A stretch of DNA of 64,000 bases. Origin: an uncultured Planctomycetia bacterium. GTDB taxonomy: Bacteria; Omnitrophota; Gorgyraeia; 2-02-FULL-51-18. Below, one piece after another: positions 58,923-64,000 of this stretch; positions within the stretch are counted from its first letter, which is position 1, and every line of letters starts with the position of its first letter. The stretch covers positions 2,981-66,980 of the forward strand of contig CAYZGM010000001.1 of the NCBI GenBank assembly GCA_964478015.1, in the 5' to 3' direction. A program made the translations under genes and the position numbers. The notes under the pieces are model-generated. The model made no database searches. It was not told where the DNA came from and was given only the letters and a program-made list of their open reading frames with translations.

Positions 58923-59702
58923 TTAGGGGCTCTTACGCACCATGCCTCCATCCACCGGGATCACGGTCCCGCTAATGAAAGAGGCGTCCTCCGATGCCAA
59001 AAATACGGCCAGGTGCGCGAACTCCTCCGGGCTGGCAATCCTCTGAAGCGGAATCGTCTTGGCGGCAATCTCCAGGATCTCTTTCTCCGTTTTTCCGGAA
59101 CTTTTGGCCTGATCTTTAAATAGAGACAGAAGTCGATCCGTGAGCACCGCCCCCGGACACACCGTATTCATCGTGATGCCATCCTTTCCCGCAAGATGCG
59201 CCGCGCATTTAATGGCATTGATAAGCATGGCCCGGTAACCGGCCGACAAGATCATCCCTACGGTTGGCTCCACGGCGATCGTCGAACTGACATTGATAAC
59301 CCGCCCCCACTTTTTCTTTCGCATTCCCGGCAAAAAAGCCTTTAAAAGCATCAAAGAGCTTTTAAACTGCTGCTGAAAGGCGCTCTCCCAGTCCTCCACC
59401 GAAATATCGTCGAACGTGCCGGCCTTTGGCCCTCCGGTGTTGAGAACAAGAACATCCGGAGCTCCGGGGCCATTATTGATGGATAAGATAAGGTCCTCGA
59501 CCGACTTGGATGAAGAATAATCGGAGGCGAACGCATAAACTTTTCGGCCCGTATATTTATTTTTTAAAGCCGCTTCCGTCATCCCCAGGCGCTCCCGGTC
59601 CCGGGCCGTGAGAATGACGTCCATGCCGCTTTTCAAGAGGCCCTCTGCGACGGCTTTCCCGATTCCGGCGCTCGAACCTCCGACCAATGCGAGTTTACTC
59701 AT
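58923..59702 (-). CDS. Short-chain dehydrogenase/reductase
   Basis: GGSSAGIG, NTGGP, atypical SAGYR active site, VDGG. Confidence 0.9.
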   Translation of the reverse strand: MSKLALVGGSSAGIGKAVAEGLLKSGMDVILTARDRERLGMTEAALKNKYTGRKVYAFASDYSSSKSVEDLILSINNGPGAPDVLVLNTGGPKAGTFDDISVEDWESAFQQQFKSSLMLLKAFLPGMRKKKWGRVINVSSTIAVEPTVGMILSAGYRAMLINAIKCAAHLAGKDGITMNTVCPGAVLTDRLLSLFKDQAKSSGKTEKEILEIAAKTIPLQRIASPEEFAHLAVFLASEDASFISGTVIPVDGGMVRKSP

Positions 59703-59719
59703 GACTGGACTCCTGTTCT

Positions 59720-60436
59720 TTACGTTTCCTGATATGTCTTCAGCCGATCTTTTAATGTTTGAGAAAATCCCGCCTGATCAGCGTTTTCTAAGAGTTCCTC
59801 CAAATAGGCGCCCAGCCCCCGGTCCTGGGCATGAGCAAATCCAAGAAGTTTTTCTCGAATCTCGTGAACGTACTCCCGCCGGACCGCTTCGTCAGGATTG
59901 AGACATAAAACAAAAAGATTATCCATTTTGTCCAAGAGCTTAATGAGCATAACCTCTTTTTCCCCCACCCCCAAACGGTTGTAATAGGCCTCCTTTTGCG
60001 CCGAAAAAGGGATGCTGCGATCCACTAACAAAATACGTATTGCGGATGAAACCCAGCCGCCAAAGGCCCTTTCAATTTCAGGCAGAGACACGGAGGTCAC
60101 TTCCGGCACGTTGTGCAGGACCGCCGTCACCAACGCATCCGCTCGCACCGAAGGATCGATGCGAAGCAAGAAATTTGCCACGCGAATCGGGTGACTGAGA
60201 TAGCTCGATCTCAAAGCGCTCTTTAAAAAATCAAGGGTCTTGGCATAATCCAGAGCCCTGTGGATCTCATTGTCAAAACGTTCAAATTTTTTTAGATCGT
60301 TCAAAAAAACTCGCTCCGTGTCTGTTGCGGATACACACAGACTTTCTATTTTCTTTAGTCTCTCCGTCTCGACCGATTCAAAGACCGTACGCCCCCTAAG
60401 AACCAGATCCATGAAGCGCCTTGTATTTTCTTTCAA
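59720..60436 (-). CDS. RelA/SpoT-hydrolase-like (HD_4/Mesh1-like) protein, HD motif altered to HN
   Basis: YLSHPIRVA, AVLHNVPEVT, IKLLDKMDNL. Confidence 0.75.
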   Translation of the reverse strand: MKENTRRFMDLVLRGRTVFESVETERLKKIESLCVSATDTERVFLNDLKKFERFDNEIHRALDYAKTLDFLKSALRSSYLSHPIRVANFLLRIDPSVRADALVTAVLHNVPEVTSVSLPEIERAFGGWVSSAIRILLVDRSIPFSAQKEAYYNRLGVGEKEVMLIKLLDKMDNLFVLCLNPDEAVRREYVHEIREKLLGFAHAQDRGLGAYLEELLENADQAGFSQTLKDRLKTYQET

Positions 60437-61112
60437 GCGTAAGCCAATCCTCCGGGGTATCCACGTCTACGGCAAGAGAGTCGGGAACGGAGTAGCAATT
60501 CAATCCTTGTTTTACATTGAACCAATGCCCGCCGTGACGAACCAGCCTGGCGTAGTCCAAAAAATAGAACAAGCCCGCATCCACCTGAGCCTGCGGCAGT
60601 TTTTGCGAAAAGGTCAAAAGTTTTTTTGGAAATAAGGGTTTCCACCGGCCATGGGGGCTTTGAACAAGCGCGCGGTATGGGCTATGTGAAAATTTGGTCG
60701 TGGCCACAAGAACAGAGGCCATTTTTTTTAAAAATTCCCTGTGCGCTTTTTGGTAAGTGCCTGCGTCAACCAATGCTGCCGTGGCCAGCGCGAAGAGGAC
60801 GGTCGTGCCAGTCCCTTTCATTCCCAGGGCTCTCAAATATCGCGGGATGTCCTTTTTTAGAAGTTCCATCAACGTTGTGTGATCATCTGAAAACTTGGGG
60901 TCGCGTAGATCCAAAACCAACGCCCCGGCAGCCTCTGCGATTCGCTTGATCCCCGGGTCATCCGTCGAGACGGCGACCGTTTCCGCCACGCCTGATTTCT
61001 GAATCGCCTCGATGACGTGACAAATGACTGGCTTGCCGCCTAGACGCTTCACGTTTTTTCTGGGAACTCTTTTCGAGCCAGCTCTGGCCGGAATATAGGC
61101 AATCAAAGCCAC
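60396..61112 (-). CDS. CMP-nonulosonate synthetase (NeuA/PseF-like cytidylyltransferase)
   Basis: IPARAGSKRVPRKN, STDD, DAGLFY, DVDTPEDW. Confidence 0.9.
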   Translation of the reverse strand: MALIAYIPARAGSKRVPRKNVKRLGGKPVICHVIEAIQKSGVAETVAVSTDDPGIKRIAEAAGALVLDLRDPKFSDDHTTLMELLKKDIPRYLRALGMKGTGTTVLFALATAALVDAGTYQKAHREFLKKMASVLVATTKFSHSPYRALVQSPHGRWKPLFPKKLLTFSQKLPQAQVDAGLFYFLDYARLVRHGGHWFNVKQGLNCYSVPDSLAVDVDTPEDWLTLERKYKALHGSGS

Positions 61113-61122
61113 CGTCACCCCC

Positions 61123-63177
61123 TCAATTCTTCTGCACAACCGTAAACTGTGTGATATCTGCGTCGACCGCGGAATTAACTTTTTCGGCGCGCAGGACTTT
61201 CAGGCCCATCTCTTGATAAATCCGGGCATGGTCATAACCATACCTCGAAAAGTTGATGTCCGTATCTTCCTTGTGGACCACATATTTTTTGCTTACGCGG
61301 AGGATCTCGCGGCGCATTTTATCCGCTTTTTTAGGGGGATTGTGGAGAATAACGTTGGATGTGAATACCACATCAAAAGTACCGTCAGGAAACGGCAGGC
61401 TCTCGGCATCCCCTTGGATCAGCGTGATTCCCTCAAGACCAGAAAGATACTCCTTTGCTTTCTCCAGCTGAGTTCGGCTGAAGTCGATCCCGGTTAGCGG
61501 CGCAGCCGTGAACTCTCTCAAAGATTTAAGGACTTTGCCGTACCCGCAGCCCACCTCCAAAATCGACGCCCCCCCTAAACCGCCTATCTCTCTTGCCAAA
61601 AAACGGCTGGTCTCCCCGCGGTCCTTGCGGGACTCCTGCTCTTCAAAGTAACGTTTTCCTCCTCTGCGCTCCCAATAGCGGCGTATATTGCTGTATAGCA
61701 AAAGTCGCCCCAACGTTGGGTTCTGTTGAAAAATACCCACAAGAAGACGACTTGTTCCAAAACGCCGCTGCCCATAAAAAAGCAAGGGGGCGCTACCCAA
61801 CATTGCCGCAAGAGGGCGAAAAAATTGGGCATGGGATGAATTCTCTGGCAGCCATCGATCGAGCAGAAAAAGAAGAATCAGCGGATAAGAGGCACAGAAA
61901 ACAACTTTAAAAATTTCCGCAAAAACGGTCGCACGGCCAAACAATGTCCGAAGCGCCAGCGCGGCATAGACAACGTACAGGGTGAGATACGCCCCGAAAG
62001 TGACCCAGGCAACGGAAGTGATGCCGCCACCGCCGGCTATTACCGCGGCGTTGATGATCAGACATGCGACCCCCAGGAATCCCTGGACTGGAATCATCCA
62101 AAGATATTTTTTAAATGTGACCAGTGTATCGGACATGTTATTCAAAAGAATCATAAAAAGCGTTGCAAACAAACCAACCTTCATTGCCGAAATGCCGTCG
62201 ACATACTGAGGTAAAAAAGTACGGACAGCCCAGGGCCCAAGCATCCAGAGGAACGCCACCATGAGCGGCATGTAGACTGCCATGAACAGCGTTGGGTAGA
62301 CCGCGAGTTTTCTTAATCTAGCGGAATCGTTCGAGGCCCCATACGTTTCATTCAAATAAGGGAAAGTGATCACGCCGAGGTTATTGGGAAAAGCTGTAAC
62401 CAGACTGCTGGCCATAATCACGAGACTATAGATTCCAAGCGCTTTGAAACCGAGTAGCGCGCTGATCGATATTTTGTCCACACTGCTAAGAAAGGTAAAA
62501 AAAATATTCACCACAATCAAACCGACGCCCATTTTGAACAAAGATGAAAGCTCCCGCCAGTCCCAGTCGAGCCGGAAGCGAACATTTGAAAATCTTAATA
62601 CATAGATGAAGTTGAGGACAAAACTCAGGATCATGGATAGGTAATATCCGTATAGACCTAAGCCTGTGATCAACAGCACCGTGAGGACCGCGTTTGCGAG
62701 CGCCGAGTAAACATTAAACCGATTGATGAATAAAAACTGCTTCTCTGCCCTCAAAAGGCTGATGCAAAATGTGGATGCCCGTTGAAAAAAGCTCAAAAAA
62801 GACAATGCAAGCAGGCTGTAAAAAAACAGTTCCCCCATTTTTCCACGCAGCACAAATGCGGCCACTGCCATCGCCAGGCTCAGGAACAAGGCGATCACGA
62901 TCGTAAAAGTGAAGGAGACGTTTCGGATGCTCTCCGCGCGATCAAAGCGCTGTCTGCCTTTTTCAAATGGAATCTCACGGCCCGCCGCGTTGGCGAGACC
63001 AAGGTTTGAATATTTTGTGTAATTTAAAATGACCTGCAGGCTTACCCAAACACCCATTTGCTCCGGCCCAAGAACATTCCGGATGAAAATGGCAAGCCCG
63101 ATGGTGATAAGCTGCATAAAAAAATAGCCCGCCGAGTAAGACGCAAATTCACGCGTGAGTGTACGGCTGAAGCTCAT
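61123..63177 (-). CDS. Wzx/MOP-family polysaccharide flippase fused to a class I methyltransferase
   Basis: ~480 aa multi-TM flippase (LGPEQMG, VDK, LGIYS) then ILEVGCGYG, DAESLPFPDGTFD. Confidence 0.85.
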   Translation of the reverse strand: MSFSRTLTREFASYSAGYFFMQLITIGLAIFIRNVLGPEQMGVWVSLQVILNYTKYSNLGLANAAGREIPFEKGRQRFDRAESIRNVSFTFTIVIALFLSLAMAVAAFVLRGKMGELFFYSLLALSFLSFFQRASTFCISLLRAEKQFLFINRFNVYSALANAVLTVLLITGLGLYGYYLSMILSFVLNFIYVLRFSNVRFRLDWDWRELSSLFKMGVGLIVVNIFFTFLSSVDKISISALLGFKALGIYSLVIMASSLVTAFPNNLGVITFPYLNETYGASNDSARLRKLAVYPTLFMAVYMPLMVAFLWMLGPWAVRTFLPQYVDGISAMKVGLFATLFMILLNNMSDTLVTFKKYLWMIPVQGFLGVACLIINAAVIAGGGGITSVAWVTFGAYLTLYVVYAALALRTLFGRATVFAEIFKVVFCASYPLILLFLLDRWLPENSSHAQFFRPLAAMLGSAPLLFYGQRRFGTSRLLVGIFQQNPTLGRLLLYSNIRRYWERRGGKRYFEEQESRKDRGETSRFLAREIGGLGGASILEVGCGYGKVLKSLREFTAAPLTGIDFSRTQLEKAKEYLSGLEGITLIQGDAESLPFPDGTFDVVFTSNVILHNPPKKADKMRREILRVSKKYVVHKEDTDINFSRYGYDHARIYQEMGLKVLRAEKVNSAVDADITQFTVVQKN

Positions 63178-64000
63178 GCAGAAACCTCCACGCCGGATGT
63201 CCGCCCCTTTTGACTCATCAACTGCTCGACGGGCCGTTCATCCTGAAGAGGAATAATTGGCTGATAAACGCCTGGGTTCTTTCGGAAATCAAGCAAAAAT
63301 TGGTCTATCCTGTTGAATGCGTCTTCGAAACTTGAAAACTGTTGAAGAGATTTTCCAAATACCGCCGCACACTCACGGTCAATCAAACCCTCAATGAAGT
63401 CCGGATACAGAGCAAGAACCGGCAAACCGCTGGTGGCAACCTCGTAGAGCGCCGTCGTGGGCCTGTCTAAAATGACCGCATCTACGGTCATCAAACTTTC
63501 CCTGACTGACCGGTGATTATCCGTCATGTGGCTTGCTTTTTTTTCCCTTAAATACGGCAGCACCGACGTTTCGGCGTAACGATTCACCCGACCGGCCGAG
63601 TGCTTGTAGATAAAATTAAAATCTTTCTTTTGAGCGAAAAAATCGATCAATTTTTTTTGGTATTCAAAGTACCAGACAGCCGGGTAAGTCATGCAGTTAA
63701 AATATCTCTGATGAATTAAAAGTTTTGTCGGAATATACAACACAGTCGGCGCATCTCTTTTCGGTGCCTGAGATTTGCGCTGCGCGTCTCTTGCTGTTTC
63801 TTTCAGAAAATGGGGGGCGGTAAGGAGACGACATGCGCTAACATAGGTCTCTTTCAGGCTGCGCTTAAATTTTTCACTCGAAAGCCCGTCCGTTGTTAAA
63901 TACCAATCAAATGCATCAATATCGGAGACTTGCCACGCAACGTCCCAAAATACGTCACTGCCGTGCTGGATTCCGACGGTTTCTATTCCTTTTCTCTTGG
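63174..64000 (-). CDS. Partial GT-B-like polysaccharide biosynthesis protein (5' end outside window)
   Basis: Frame stays open from 63743 to the window edge and includes GIETVGIQHG; YKH and DRPTTALYE motifs. Confidence 0.7.
   Translation of the reverse strand, partial: KRKGIETVGIQHGSDVFWDVAWQVSDIDAFDWYLTTDGLSSEKFKRSLKETYVSACRLLTAPHFLKETARDAQRKSQAPKRDAPTVLYIPTKLLIHQRYFNCMTYPAVWYFEYQKKLIDFFAQKKDFNFIYKHSAGRVNRYAETSVLPYLREKKASHMTDNHRSVRESLMTVDAVILDRPTTALYEVATSGLPVLALYPDFIEGLIDRECAAVFGKSLQQFSSFEDAFNRIDQFLLDFRKNPGVYQPIIPLQDERPVEQLMSQKGRTSGVEVSA

Noticed and set aside
1-64000. CRISPR array, IS element, rRNA or long tandem repeat
   Set aside because: No regularly spaced repeats, transposase motifs or rRNA-like segment seen; nearly all sequence is accounted for by genes

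Overview
Core-genome region of a PVC-superphylum bacterium. The PVC signature small basic protein at 14415-14723 supports this; Ca. Omnitrophota is my inference from overall gene style. Almost every gene is on the minus strand. Read in transcription direction (right to left) the window holds: (i) ~26 kb of LPS/surface-glycan genes (CMP-nonulosonate synthetase, a Wzx flippase-methyltransferase fusion, an APH-kinase/SDR/HD trio, 4 GT9, 5 GT2, 3 GT4, WecB, WcaJ, a B12 radical SAM, GmhB); (ii) udg-priA-def-fmt; (iii) an apparently leaderless operon of an unrecognised CBS-domain protein plus two GalT paralogues, one lacking the catalytic His; (iv) aroQ-pepP-efp-accB-accC-pfk-gmhA-hldC-thiD2/thiE-pfkB and tRNA-Gly(CCC); (v) an archaeal-type ATPase, dGTPase and a degenerate HD-GYP protein that appears to start at an ATC codon; (vi) SPOR, PVC signature protein, tRNA-binding protein and aroB, converging with exeAB. 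The best candidate for a new system is (vii): two PilZ genes and a cNMP/MinD-like/patatin tri-domain phospholipase heading a tightly coupled thiolase-HAD-ECH-FadD-lysophospholipase operon. Also seen: an unannotated 46-aa membrane microprotein, a +1-frameshifted M23 peptidase, an EF-P with an MQQR loop and a ~190-nt structured intergenic element. No CRISPR array, transposase, integrase or rRNA was seen. All calls are by eye from motifs; no database searches were run.
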